Assembly (NCBI RefSeq): GCF_009914755.1
Contig: NC_060927.1
Strand: one strand, 5' to 3'
Length of the DNA: 64,000 bases
Source: the human T2T-CHM13v2.0 reference genome, Homo sapiens
How positions within the stretch are numbered: position 1 is the stretch's first letter; each line of letters opens with the position of its first letter. Positions 28,085 to 41,582 of the stretch are shown here, in pieces. Below the pieces are notes generated by a model. That model was not told the origin of the DNA. It did no database searches and was given only the letters and a program-made list of their open reading frames with translations. The position numbers and the translations under genes were made by a program.

Positions 28085-28561
28085 TGTATTAGCCAGTGTT
28101 CTTCAGAGAAATAGATCCAACAGAAGATATATATGCGTGTGTACACATACACACACACACACACGAGATGATGTATTATGGGAATTGACTCATACAAACA
28201 TGGAAGCCAAGAAGTCCCACAATATGCCCCCTGCAAGCTGAAGACCCAGGAAAGCCAGTTCAAGTCCAAAGGCCTGAGAACAGGAACTCTGATGTCCAAA
28301 GACAGAAGAAGATGTATGTCCCAGCTTAAAGACAGAGGGAGAATTAACCCTTCCTCTGCCTTTTTGTCCTATCCAGGCCCTCAATGGATTGGATGATGCC
28401 CATCCACACTGGTAAGGGTGGATCTTCTTCACTTAGCCTATTGACTCAAATGCTAATCTCTTCCAAAAACACCCTCACAGACACATCCAGAAATAATGTT
28501 TTATTAGCTATTGTGGCATCCCTTGACCAAATCAGGTTGACACATAAAATTAACCATCACA
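28085..28561 (-). mobile_element. MLT2B-type ERVL LTR with internal (CA)n
   Basis: tgtattagccagtgttcttcagagaaatag ... ttgacacataaaattaaccatcaca termini. Confidence 0.85.
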
Positions 28562-30046
28562 GTTCCTAATATCATTCTCCAATAATAGGAACCAGGACTC
28601 CTTGGGAAAATAGCTAATTGTAAGAATGAGGCAGGAAATATACATGATGAGCCTGGATCATCTTAAAGTGCCAGAATGTCAATACTCAAAATAAAAAAGC
28701 TCACAATGATGGGGGTGTGTCAAAGGGTTACAGGAGCCAACTGAAAGAGCTCCGAATATTCAAAGCAAAAACAATTTGAGCAACAAGAAATAAAGTAGCA
28801 TTGGATTATAACCCAAAATATAAAATAAATATTCATGAATCCATACTATCAGTAAATGACTGACTAAATAAATAAATGAGTAAAAGGCGACAAATCTCCC
28901 ATGCAGAAGTAGTCCAAAGAATTAATGTAGACTCTCCACCCTCAAGGAGGTGGAGCATAACATCCCACTCCTTAAGTGTAGGCTGCACATGATATTCTTA
29001 CAAACAGTACAGTATAAAAGGAAGGGGGACAGTGGTGAGGAAGTGTAACTTTACAGGAGAGAAACCTGACAACAAACACTATCTCAGCCAGGTGCAAGGT
29101 CAGGTTGATCTCAGCCAGGTGATCAAGGATAAGTCAGGTTGATAGTATGTATACCCCTATATAAAATGATGAAAATGGCACATTACTTCTGTGGACTTCC
29201 TTCCCAATCTATTCAAGAAAAAAAAAATCGGAGAAATCCCAATAGAGAGATATTCTACAAAACACTTGGACAGTACTCCTGTACTCCTCAAATTTGTCGA
29301 GATCATCAAAAATAAGAAAAGTCTGAGAAACTGTCTCAGCAAAGAGGAGACAAAGGAGACATGATGATTAAATGTTATGTGACATTTTGGAAGGGATCCT
29401 GGGACAAAATAATAACATTTGGTAAAAACTAAGAAAATCCAAATAAGATATGGCCTTTATTTAATAATAATATATCAATATTGATTCACAACACCATGAT
29501 CGAGTGAGTTTTATTCCTGGGTTGCAAGGATGGTTCAACATATGCACATTCAATAGGTGTGATTTACCACATAAACAAAATTAAAAACTGAAATCATATG
29601 ATCATCTCAACAGATGTGGAAAAAGCAATTGATAAAATTCAGCATCCCTTTGTAATAAAAACTCTCAACAAACTAGGCTTTGAAGGAACATACCTGAAAA
29701 TAATAAATCCATGCATGACAAACTCACAGTCAACATCATACTGAATGGGGAAAAGCTGAAAGCATTACACTTAAGAACTGGAATAAGACAAGGATGCCCA
29801 CTTTCACCGCTTTTATTCAACATAGTATTGGAAGTCCTAGCTAGAGCAATCAGACAGGAGAAAGAAATAAAAGGCATTCGAATTGGAAAAGAGGAAGTCA
29901 AATCATCTCTGCTGATAATATAATCTTGTACCTAGGAAACCCTAAAATCTCTATCAAAAGACTCCTAATTTTGAGAAATGAATACAGTAAAGTTTCAGGG
30001 TACAAAATCAACATACAAAAATCAATAGCATTTCTCTCTCTCTCTC

Positions 30047-30346
<300 letters not shown>

Positions 30347-32379
30347 AAAAATCAGTAGCATTTCTATACACCAACCAACAGTCAAGCTGAGGACAAAATC
30401 AAGAGGTGAATCTCATTTAGAATAGCTATAAAAAAAATTAGATACCTAAGAATATTTTTAACCAAGATAAAAGATCTCTGCAAGGAAAACTACAAACCAC
30501 TGATGAAAGAAATTGTAGATGACAGAAACAAATGGAAAAATATCCTATGTTTGTGGATCAGAGGAGAAAAATATTGTTAAAATGACCATTCTTCCCAAAG
30601 TAAGCTATAGATTCAATGCAATTCCTATAAAAATACCAAAATCATATTTCACAGAGCTAGAAAAAAACTATCCTAAAGTTTATATGGAACTAAAAAAGAG
30701 CCTGACTAGCCAAAGCCATCTAAAGCAAAAAGGACAAAATTAGAGGCATTTGTACTTTAAATTGTACAACATGGCTATAGTAAACAAAATAACCTGGTGC
30801 TGGTATAAAAATAGACACACTCAATCAATGGAACAGAAGAGCGATGCAGAAAGAAAGCCACATACCTACTGATCTTCAACAAAGTTGACAGAAATATGCA
30901 CTGAGGAAAGGACACCCTATTCAATAAATGATGCTGGAAAAATTGAATTACCATACACAGAACAATGAAACCAGACCCCTTTCTCCCAACATACACAAAA
31001 ATTAACTCAAGATGTATTGAAACTGAAACTATAAAAATACTGGAAGAAAACCTAGGAAAAATTCTTCTGAACACTGGCCTATGCAAAGCGTTCATTACTA
31101 AGACCTTAAAAGCAAATGCAATAAAAACAAAAAAGGACAAAGTGACTTAATTAAACTAAAAATCTTCTGCACTGCAAAATAAATAAATAAAAATAATCAA
31201 CAGAGTGAACAGATAACCTGCAGAATTCAGAAAAAATTTGCAAACTCTGCACTTGTTAAAGGACTAATATCCAGAATCTACAAGGAACTCAAACAACTCA
31301 CCACCAACAACAAAAGCAACAACAAATAGCCCCACTAAAAAGTGGACAAATGACACGAACAGACATTTTTCAAAAGAATACATACAAATGTTCAACAAGC
31401 ATATGAAAAAAATCTCAATGTCATTAATCATCAGAGAAACGCAAATTACCACCACAATGAGATACCATCCCATGTCAGAAAGAATGACTATTATTAAAAA
31501 GTCAAAAAGTAACAGATGTTGGTGGGGATGCAGAGAAAAGGCAATGCTTATACACCATTGGTGGCAATGTAAAGTAGTACAACCTCTATGGAAAACAGTA
31601 TGGAGATTTCTCAAAGAAATAAAAATTGAACTACCATTAAATCCAGCAATCCCACTACTGGGTATCTACCTGAAGGAAAAGAAATCATTTTATTAAAAAG
31701 ATACCTGAACTGGTATGTTTATTTCACCCCTATTCACGACAGCAAATATATGAAATCAACCTAAGTGTACATCAACAGATGACTGGATAAAGAAAATGTG
31801 ATATACATATTTATGTGTCTATATACATACAATGAAATATATATAATTTCATTTATATATATATATACAAACACACACAATGAAATAGTACTAAGCCATA
31901 AAAAAACAATGAAATCATGTCTTTTGCAACAACATGGATGGATGGAACTGGACGCCATTATCTTAAGAAATAAAAATAATCAACAGGGTGAACAGATAAC
32001 CTGCAGAATGGAGAAGATATTTGCAAACTCTGCATCTGTCAAAGGACTAATATCCAGAATCTACAAGTATAATCCCATTAAAAAGTGGACAAAGGACATG
32101 AAAAGATATTTTTCAAAAGAACAAATACAAATATCTTCTTTGCTTCTTCACTGGTAATTTTTGCTTAAATAACTCAGAAACAGAAAGTCAAATACTGCAT
32201 ATTCTCATGTATAAGTGGTAGCTAATAATGTGTACACATGGACATAGACAGTGAAATAATAGACCTTGGAGACCCAGAAAGTTAGCAGAGTAGGAGGAGG
32301 GTGAGGGATGAGAAATTACTTCATGGGTGATGGCTACACTAAAGCCTAGACTTCACCACTACACAAAATATAAAATTTT

Positions 32380-32921
<542 letters not shown>

Positions 32922-33139
32922 TTAGAAAGCATGTATTCTGCTTCCAGCATCACTGATGAATCAAGTGATGTGGCAAGACCCAGGTAATTCTCTGGGTATT
33001 AGCTTCCCCCCTTCTATAAAATGATATTCTAGGTTCAGCCTTGGTTAATTAAGTCCATAAGGGGGTGAAAAAAAAGAAAAGAAAAGTTACTGTGTATAAA
33101 ACAGTGCTGCAGATTCCTTTCCTCTGTGGTATTCTGGAT

Positions 33140-33295
33140 CCTTGCTATTCAAAATACGTTCTGTGGACCAGCAGCATCCACACTTGGAGCTTGTTAGAGA
33201 GGTAGAATCTCAGGACCTGCTGCAGGCCTGCTGCAGAATCTGCATTTTAACAAGATCCCGGGTAAATAGTGTACAGGTAGGAAGCATTCTTCTAG
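33140..33295. mobile_element. MER5-type hAT-Charlie MITE
   Basis: ggaccagcagcatc...ggagcttgttagag...gaatctcagg...agaatctgcattttaacaagatccc. Confidence 0.8.
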
Positions 33296-33571
33296 ATAGC
33301 AGTAAGGACATGGGCTCCATGCAAATGGGTCATATACCAAGAGTCCATTTGGGATCCCATTCAAAGCTGTGTATCCCCATTTAACTGCACTGGCCACTGC
33401 CATCCACCTTACAAACTTCTTTTACCCAACACCTCAAGTTCAAAATCCAAACAAGGGCCTTCATTTTTAGGTGAACTACTGTATACCACAGTTTTTGTAG
33501 CAGGAGAAATCATGTAGCTATAACTGAATTTATGCATCATCCCCACTAACCCAAAAAACACATGGTGTGAC

Positions 33572-34750
33572 TGTAAGCACCCAACTTGTTCACTGTGCCC
33601 ACAGCCTAGAAAGAAGCCGATTTATCAAGGTAGGGGAATTGCAAAGGAGAAAGATTAATTCATGCAGGACCAGCTACGTGGGAGACCAGAGTTTTATTAT
33701 TACTCAAATTAGTTTCCCCAAGCATTAGGGGATCAGAGTTTTTAAGGACAACTTGGCGGATGGGGGAAAGCCAGTGAGCTGGGAGTACAGATTGGTCAGG
33801 TCAGAGAAGAAATCATAGGGAGTCAAAGTTATCTTCTTGCATTGAGTCAGTTCCTGGGTCGGGGCCACAAGATTAGAACAGTCATTTTACCAATCTGGGT
33901 GGTGCAGGGTCTGCAAAATATCTCAAGCACTGATCTTAGGTTTTACAATAAGTGATTTTATCCCCAGGAGCAATTTGAGAAGGGTCAGAATCTTGTCACT
34001 TCTACCTTCATGACTTCTAAACCATAATTTCTAATCTTGTGGCTAATTTATTAGGCCTAGAAAGGTAATCTAGTCCCCAGGCAAGGAGGTTTGTTTTGAG
34101 TGAGGGAAGAGAGAGGCCCTCTCATATTGTTTTATATTGTTTTATACTCAGTACCTGTTTTAAAAAAACAACAAGGAAGTAAAACCAAAGACAGGCAGCC
34201 CGTCACTAGGCCCGAAACCAGGCCTGGGCCTGCCTGGTCTAAACCCAGTAGTTAAAAATCAACTCATAACTCAAAAACCAATGTGATTCATAGATTTCCA
34301 ACATTGTATAGAAGAACATCGTGAAACTCCCTGCCCTGTTCTGTTTCTCTCTGACCACCGGTGCATGCAGCCCTTGTCACGTACCCCTTGCTTTCTCAAA
34401 TCAATCACGACCCTTTCATGTGAAATCCTTGGAGTTGTGAGCCCTTAAAAGGGACAGGAATTGCTCACTCAGGGAGCTCGGATTTTAAAGCTGTAGCTTG
34501 CCGATGCTCCCAGCTGAATAAAGCCCTTCCTTCTGCAACTCGGCGTCTGAGAGGTTTTGTCTGCGGCTCATCCTGGTACATGGGGAAAGGCTGTTATTGT
34601 CTTTGTTTTAAACTATAAACTAAGTTCCTCCCATAGTTCAGCCTACTTTCAGGAATGAACAAGGACAGCTTGGAGGTTAGAAGCAAGTTGGAGTTGGTTA
34701 GGTCAGATCTCTTTCACTGTCTCAATTACAATTTTGTAATGGCAGTTTTA
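33572..34750 (-). mobile_element. LTR8 (ERV1) solo LTR, interrupted by LTR15
   Basis: Reverse LTR8 ends (ggacagcttggaggttagaagcaag...gatctctttcactgtctca); 4-bp TSD tgac at 33568-33571 and 34751-34754. Confidence 0.85.
34101..34580 (+). mobile_element. LTR15 (ERV1) solo LTR
   Basis: tgagggaagagagaggccctctcatattgttttatattg ... aataaagcccttcc ... catcctggtaca; TSD tgag/tggg. Confidence 0.85.
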
Positions 34751-35249
34751 TGACCAAATTTACAATATACAGACCAAAATGCCTTCATGAGAACTCCAGA
34801 AAGCAGTCCTCTAAGCTTTAAGACTGTTGTTTATTGACACCCAAAGGTCATCATAAAATGTATCTTGCTACAGCTGTTGCCACTTCACTAAAGCCTGCTG
34901 AGGTCTTGCCCAGGAACTTTCTTCTTAGCCCTGCAAGAGTATCAGGTCTGCTTCTATAAACTCATGCCATCAGCTGGCCTCTCCTGTGTCACCCAAGCTA
35001 CACACTCTTTCCTGCTTTTACTTACTTGAAAAGCTGGCCTCCCATCAAAACTCACGGTCTTCTTATGTGTTACTACTCTATAAATCCAGAACCGACTTAC
35101 CCTTTTCCAAGGGAGTCAAGCTTAAAAGTGTCCCAAGCCCACCAAGCAATCTCAGACTATTACATTACATTCACCAAAGACATAAGCTCTCATTAAGCAT
35201 GTCATGGAATGCTGAACACACCAAGGGCAGGTTCAACCATGTATCCTGT

Positions 35250-35515
35250 CTGCTGTTTTGAAATGTTTTGCGTGTTCCTTAGATATTATTGAATGCTGTA
35301 GGAAGAAAAAGAAAAGGGTTTCCACAATCAAATAGGGTTGTGAAACTACTTGCTCTCTCGGAGAGTCACAGTGCTCATTAGCATATTAAAGGTTCTGGGT
35401 CTTCTTTCAAAATGGAAATCGATTTAACCATGTTTAAACCAGCATTTCCCAAATTTACTTGGTCATTTAACCTTCTTTGGTTAAAATAGCTCAAAAAACT
35501 AGTTCAGGGACAACT
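35250..35515. mobile_element. MER103-type hAT-Charlie element
   Basis: cattagcatattaaagg ... tttaaaccagcatttcccaaatttacttggtca. Confidence 0.65.
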
Positions 35516-35552
35516 GGCTTAAAAGAAATTAAAGTATAGTATTATTTTAAAA

Positions 35553-36480
35553 TACTCATCTGACAAAGGGCTAATATCCAGAATCTACAATGAACTCAAA
35601 GGAATTTACAAGAAAAAAACAAACCCCCATCAAAAAGTGGGCGAAGGACATGAACAGACACTTCTCAAAAGAAGACATTTATGCAGCCAAAAAACACATG
35701 AAAAAATGCTCACCATCACTGGCCATCAGAGAAATGCAAATCAAAACCACAATGAGATACCATCTCACACCAGTGAGAATGGCGATCATTAAAAAGTCAG
35801 GAAACAACAGGTGCTGGAGAGGATGTGCATAAATAGGAACATTTTTACACTGTTGGCGGGACTGTAAACTAGTTCAACCATTGTGGAAGTCAGTGTGGCG
35901 ATTCCTCAGGGATCTAGAACTAGAAATACCATTTGACCCAGCCATCCCATTACTGGGTATATACCCAAAGGATTATAAATCATGCTGCTATAAAGACACA
36001 TGCACACGTATGTTTATTGCGGCAGTATTCACAATAGCAAAGACTTGGAACCATCCCAAATGTCCAACAATGACAGACTGGATTAAGAAAATGTGGCACA
36101 TATACACCATGGAATACTATGCAGCCATAAAAAATGATGAGTTCATGTCCTTTGTAGGGACATGGATGAAATTGGAAATCATCATTCTCAGTAAACTATC
36201 GCAAGAACAAAAAACCAAACACTGCATATTCTCACTCATAGGTGGGAACTGAACAATGAGAACACATGGACACAGGAAGGGGAACATCACACTCTGGGGA
36301 CTGTTGTGGGGTGGGGGAAGGGAGGAGGGATAGCATTAGGAGATATACCTAATGCTAAATGACGAGTTAATGGGTGCAGCACCCCAGCATGGCACATGTA
36401 TACATATGTAACTAACCTGCACATTGTGCACATGTACCCTAAAACTTAAAGTATAATAATAATAAAATAAAATAAAATAA
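35553..36480 (+). mobile_element. 5'-truncated young L1PA (L1PA2-4-like), ~0.9 kb
   Basis: Near-consensus ORF2 C-terminus (...KTKHCIFSLIGGN*), 3' UTR gcattaggagatatacctaatgctaaatgacgag, (taaaa)n tail. Confidence 0.92.
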
Positions 36481-38399
36481 AGTCTCAAATTAAATAAAAT
36501 CTTGGCATAAAAGTAGTTGTTTCAGAGACAAATGGCAGAATAGAAAGTCCCAGCCCTTATTCCCCAGGGAAAATACAATTTAACAATATGCAGACAAAAA
36601 TGCTTTTATGAGAACTCCGGAAACCAATGAAGACATGCAGCAGCCCCAAGGGAGTGAAAGGCTTTGGATAATAAGAGCCTGTTTCACTTTATTCCTAATT
36701 TCCCCTCCCCGAAACCAACAAAGCTCAGCTTGTCTCACAGCTTCTGGGGAGTGGGTAAGAAGAGTAGAACGTGTATCCAATGTTCTAATATTTTCAGAGA
36801 GCTTCCTGAAGGACAGGTTTCAGTCTTGACTAACTTGGGGCACTAACAGAACTGACATAGTTTGCATGCCTGGGAGCCACTGAAGCAAGGAAAAGATGAG
36901 GCAGCTTGCTGCAGCACCAAAGAGCCTACATGACCACATAGAGAAGCTGAGTCATCTCAAAACAATCAGAAGAAGGCACCAAACTCATGGCTTCTCCCTA
37001 GGGATGTAGTGAGAAGAATGAGCATATGTTTGGCATTCCAACTTTGCAGAGAGCTACCTAAAAGATTAGTGTCTATCTCACCTGATTCTATGTGCATACA
37101 GGGAGCTGTCATACTTTGGATGCTTGGGGACCTGAGAACAAAGGAGAAGAGAGTGGCTCATTGCTGCACCACAGAACCTGCAGTACTGGAGACAGACACT
37201 AGAAAAAGTAAGAGATTACAAGCTCCTGAAAAACAAACTAGCAAACCTCTCTAATTGGGAAACTATGTGTACAAGCCCAGAAAAGTTGCATCCCCCCAAA
37301 AAAGTTTTCAGAGGTCCCCAGAATCTATAGCCAGGATGATTAGTGAGTTCTTCCCTCAATGAAGCCAGTCCATAAAGACTGGGAAGTGTCACTGTTTTTT
37401 CAAATGCATAAAAGTCAGCTCCCATGTCCCCCCCCACCCCAAAAATCACAAGGCATACAAAGAAACAGGGAAACATAGCCAAATCAAGAAAAAAGATAAA
37501 TTTTCAGGAACCAACCCAAAGGAAATAGAGATCTATTGATTACTTGACAAATAATACAAAATAACTGTCTTAAAGAGGCTCAATTATTTATAAGACAGCA
37601 CAGATAAATACCTAAACAAAATCAGAAAAACAATTCATAAACAAAATGAAAATATCAACAAAGAAGTAGAAACTATACAAAACAACCAAGCAAAAATTAT
37701 AGAGCTGAAAAGTACAATAACTGAATTGAAAAATATACTAGAGACATACAACAACAGACTTGATCAAGTAGGAAGAATTAGCAAATGTGAGAATAGATCA
37801 TAAAAAATTATTGAGTCACAGAAGAAGAAAGAATAAAGAAAAATGAATAACTCCTAAGAAACTTATGGGACATCATCAAGCAGAACACCATCTGCATTAT
37901 GGGAATTCAAGGAGAAGAGAAAGAGAGAAAAGAACAGAGTTTATTCAAAGAAATAACTGCTGAAAATCTCCAAAATCTAAGGTAGGAAATGGACATCCAA
38001 ATGCAAGAAACATAAAGAAATAGGATCGTGACTAACATAAACCCAAAGAGGTCCCCACCAGGATGCATTATAATCACATTGTCAAAAGTCAAAGATAAAG
38101 AGAGATTCTTGAAAGTAGCAAGCGAAAAGTGACTCATGATGTTCAATGAAAATTCTATTAAGATTAGCAATGGATTTCTCAGCAGACACCTCACAGGAAA
38201 GCAGGGAGTGAGATAATATATTCAAAGAGCTGAAAGAAAAAAAATGCAGGCAATATACTATATCCAGCAAAACTGTCAAGTGGAAATGAAGAATAAAGAT
38301 TTTTTCCAGATAAATAAAATGTGAGGAGGTTTATTATCCTAGATCTGCCTTAGAAGAAATGCTACAGGAAGTCCTACTAGTTTAAATATAAGATTTCTA

Positions 38400-39120
38400 C
38401 AGTAGTCCCCCCTTTTCTGTGGGGAATACATTTCAAGACTCCCAGGGGACATGTGAAACCATAGATAGTAACAAATCTGATTGCTGTTGATCGAACACAT
38501 TTCTGTTCATGTCCTCTACCTACAAATTTAATGCCTTATGCATCTCAATTAAGTACTTCTCATGAACTGTGGCTACGATTTTGGCAATTTAAGGTGCTAC
38601 AGTAAAACTAGCACAGATTTGATTTTCCTTCTTCACAATTTCATGAATAGAAGTTTTGTTCTTACTATAGATCTTAGCAATCTCAGTGTACAATATTTTT
38701 CTTATTAAGTTGAGAACTTTCACCTTTTCACTTAAAGAAAGCATTTTACAGCTTTTTTGGCAAATCTGAATTGCCAGCATAACTACTCTTGTTCTTCAGG
38801 TGATTATTAAGTAAAATAAGAATTACTTGAACATAAGCACTGCAATACAACAGTCATTATCACAACTGAGACAGCTTCTAAATGACTAAGCAGTAGGGAG
38901 CATATACAGTGTAGATATGCTGAAAAAAGGAATGATTCATACCCCAAGCAGGACTGAACAAGATGACACAATATTTCATCATGCTACTCAAAACAGAGTG
39001 AAATTTAAAACTTATGAATTGTTCGTTTCTAAAATATTCCATTTAATATTTTGGGGCTGTGGTTGACTGCAGGTAACTAAAACTGTAGAGAGTGAAACTG
39101 TGGGTAATGGGGGACTACTG
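38400..39120 (-). mobile_element. MER44 (Tigger7-derived) DNA transposon
   Basis: TIRs cagtagtcccc...ggggactactg flanked by TA on both sides. Remnant transposase N-terminal HTH (LSLSEKVKVLNLIRK...IAKIYSKNKTSIHEIVKKE) in ORF 38589-38780. Confidence 0.92.
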
Positions 39121-39216
39121 TAGAGAGCAACATGAAGGTATATTAAAATATAAAGCTTCTTGGTAAAGATAAATATATTTTAAAAATACAGAATGCTGTA
39201 ATACTTTATTAGTGGT

Positions 39217-41582
39217 TGTATTAGTTCATTCTTGCACTGCTCTAAAGAAATACCTAAGACTGGCTAATTTATAAAGAAAACATGTTTAGTTGGCTCACAG
39301 TTCCACAGGCTCTACAGGAAGCATGGTTAGGGAGACTGCAGGAAACTCCACCATGGCAGAAGGCTAAGGGGAAGCAGGCAAATCTTACATGATGAGAACA
39401 AGAGGAAGAGAGAGATGGGGGAGGTGCCACACACTTTTAAATAACCAAATCTTATGAGCACTCACTCACTACTATGAGAGCAACACTGAGGGGAAACCAA
39501 CACCCAGATCCAATCACCTCCCACAATGCCCCACCTCCCACATTGGGGATTACAATTTGACATGAGATTTGGGTGGGAACACAGACCAAACCTATATCTT
39601 TCTGCCCCTGACTCCTCCAAAATCTCAGGTCCTACTCACATTTGAAAATATAATCATGTCTTCCCAACAGTTCCCCAATGAGTTAATTCATTCCAGCATT
39701 AACTCAAAAGTCCAAAGTCTCATCTGAGACAAAACTAGTCCCTTCCTGTAAAATCAAAAACAAGTTAGTTATTTCCAAGATAGAATTAGGGTATAGATAG
39801 TTGGTAAATACTCCCTTTCCAAAAGGAAGAAATTGGAAAAAAGTCAGTCATTACAGGCCCCATGCAAGTCCAATTCAAAGCAGGGCAGTCATTAAATCTT
39901 AAAGCTCCAAAATAATGTCCTTTGACTCCATGTCTCACATCTAGGGCACACTGATGCAAGGGGTGGGCTCCCAAGGCCTTGGACAGCCCCTGTGGCTCTG
40001 CAGGGTACACCCCCCCATGGCTGCTTTCATGGGCTTCTGTTGAGTGCCTGCAGCTTTTCCAGGCACAGGGTGTAAGCTGTCGATGAATCTACCATTCTGG
40101 GGCCTGGAGGATAGCGGCCCTCTTCTCACAGATTCACCAGGCAGTATGCCCCCATGGGGACTCTGTGTGGGAACTCCCACCCCACATTTCCCCTCTGCAC
40201 TTCTGTAGCAGAGATTCAAAATGAGGGCTCCACTCCTACAGGAGGCTTCTACCTGAACATCCAGGCTTTTCCATGCATCTTCTGAAATACAGGCAGAGGC
40301 TCCCAAGCCTCAACTCTTGGACTCTGAACAACTGCAGGCTTAAAACCACATGAAAGCCACCAAGGCTTATGTCATTCACCTTCTGAAGCAGCAGCCCAAG
40401 TACTTGGGCCCCCTTGAGCCACAGCTGGAGCTGGAGCAGCCAAGATGCAAAGAGCAATGTCCCAAGGCTGCTCAGGGCAGCAGGGCAGTGCCCTGGCTCA
40501 CAAAATCATTCTCCCCACCGTAGGCCCCTGGGCCTGTGATGGCAGGCTGCCATGAAGTTCTCTGAAATGCCTCCAGGGCCTTTTTCCCATTGTCTTGGCT
40601 ATTAGTACTTCCCTTCCTTTTAGTTATGCGAATTTCTACAGCCTGCTTCAATTCCACCTCTGAAAATGGGGTTTTTTTTCTACCGTATGGCTAGGCTACA
40701 AATTTTCCAAACTTTTACTCTCTTCTTCCCTTTTAAATATAATTTCCAGTTTCAGGTCATTTCTTTGTTCATGCATATGAGAATAGGCTTTTAGAAGCAG
40801 CCAGGCTACTGTTTGAACACTTTGCTGCTTAGAAATTTCTTCTGCCAAATACCCTAAATCATCTCTCTCAAGCTCAAAGTTCTGCACATCCGTAGAGCAG
40901 GGGCACAATGCTGCCAGGTTCTTTGTTAATGCATAACAAAAGAGATCTTTGCTCCAGTTCCCAATAAGTTCCTCATCTCCATCTGAGGCTCCATAAGCCT
41001 GGCCATCTCTGTTCATATCACTATCAGCATTTTGTTTGAAACCATTCAACAAGGTTCTAGGAAGTTCCAAACTTTCCCTCATCTTCCTGTCTTCTTCTGA
41101 GCCCTCCAAACTGTTCTGACTTCTGCCTGTTACCCAATTCCAAAGCTGCTTTCACATTTTCAGGTATCTTTATATCAATGCCCCTATCCTAGGTACCAAT
41201 TTTCTGTATTAGCTTGTTCTCACACTGCTATAAAGAAATACCTGAGACTGGGTAATTTATAAAGAAAAAATATTTAATTGGCTCATGGTACCACAAGCTC
41301 TACAGGAAGCATGGCTGGGGAGACTTCAGGAAACTTACAATCATAGCAAAAGGGGAAGTAGGCGCATCTTAAATGGCCAGAGCAGGAGAAAAGAGAGAGG
41401 GGGAGGTGCTGCACACTTTTAAACAGCCAAATCTCATGAGCACTCACTCACTGTCACAACAGCAGCACTGAGGGGGAAATCCAGCCCCATGATCCAATCA
41501 CCTCTCAATAGGCCCCACCTCTCACATGGAGACTACAACTTGACATGAGATTTGGGTGGGGACACAGACCCAAACCATATCA
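39217..41582 (-). mobile_element. Complete MSTA MaLR element: 5' LTR 41205-41582, internal region, 3' LTR 39217-~39599
   Basis: Two similar LTRs in direct orientation; MaLR internal ORF remnant (MEGSEEDRKMRESLELPR..., 40696-41109); TSD gtggt/gtgat. Confidence 0.92.

Larger units (their letters stand above)
26210..29490 (+). mobile_element. Old L1MC/MD ORF2 end plus long 3' UTR, interrupted by Alu, THE1 and MLT2; tail remnant near 32850-32910
   Basis: L1 ORF2 peptide ([19 protein letters not shown]) and L1MC/MD 3' UTR motifs (cccactccttaagtgtaggctgcacat; aatgatgaaaatggcac). Confidence 0.7.

Noticed and set aside
29080-29145. Short duplication of atctcagccaggtg and gtcaggttgat
   Set aside because: Small local slippage within a decayed L1 3' UTR; no functional indication.
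35553-36480. TSD or 3' transduction for the young L1PA
   Set aside because: No convincing duplicated target could be identified by eye in the AT-rich flanks.
34755-36625. ~47-bp similarity between 34757-34803 and 36577-36624
   Set aside because: Both look like the 5' end of the same old L1M family, so homologous repeat copies explain it.
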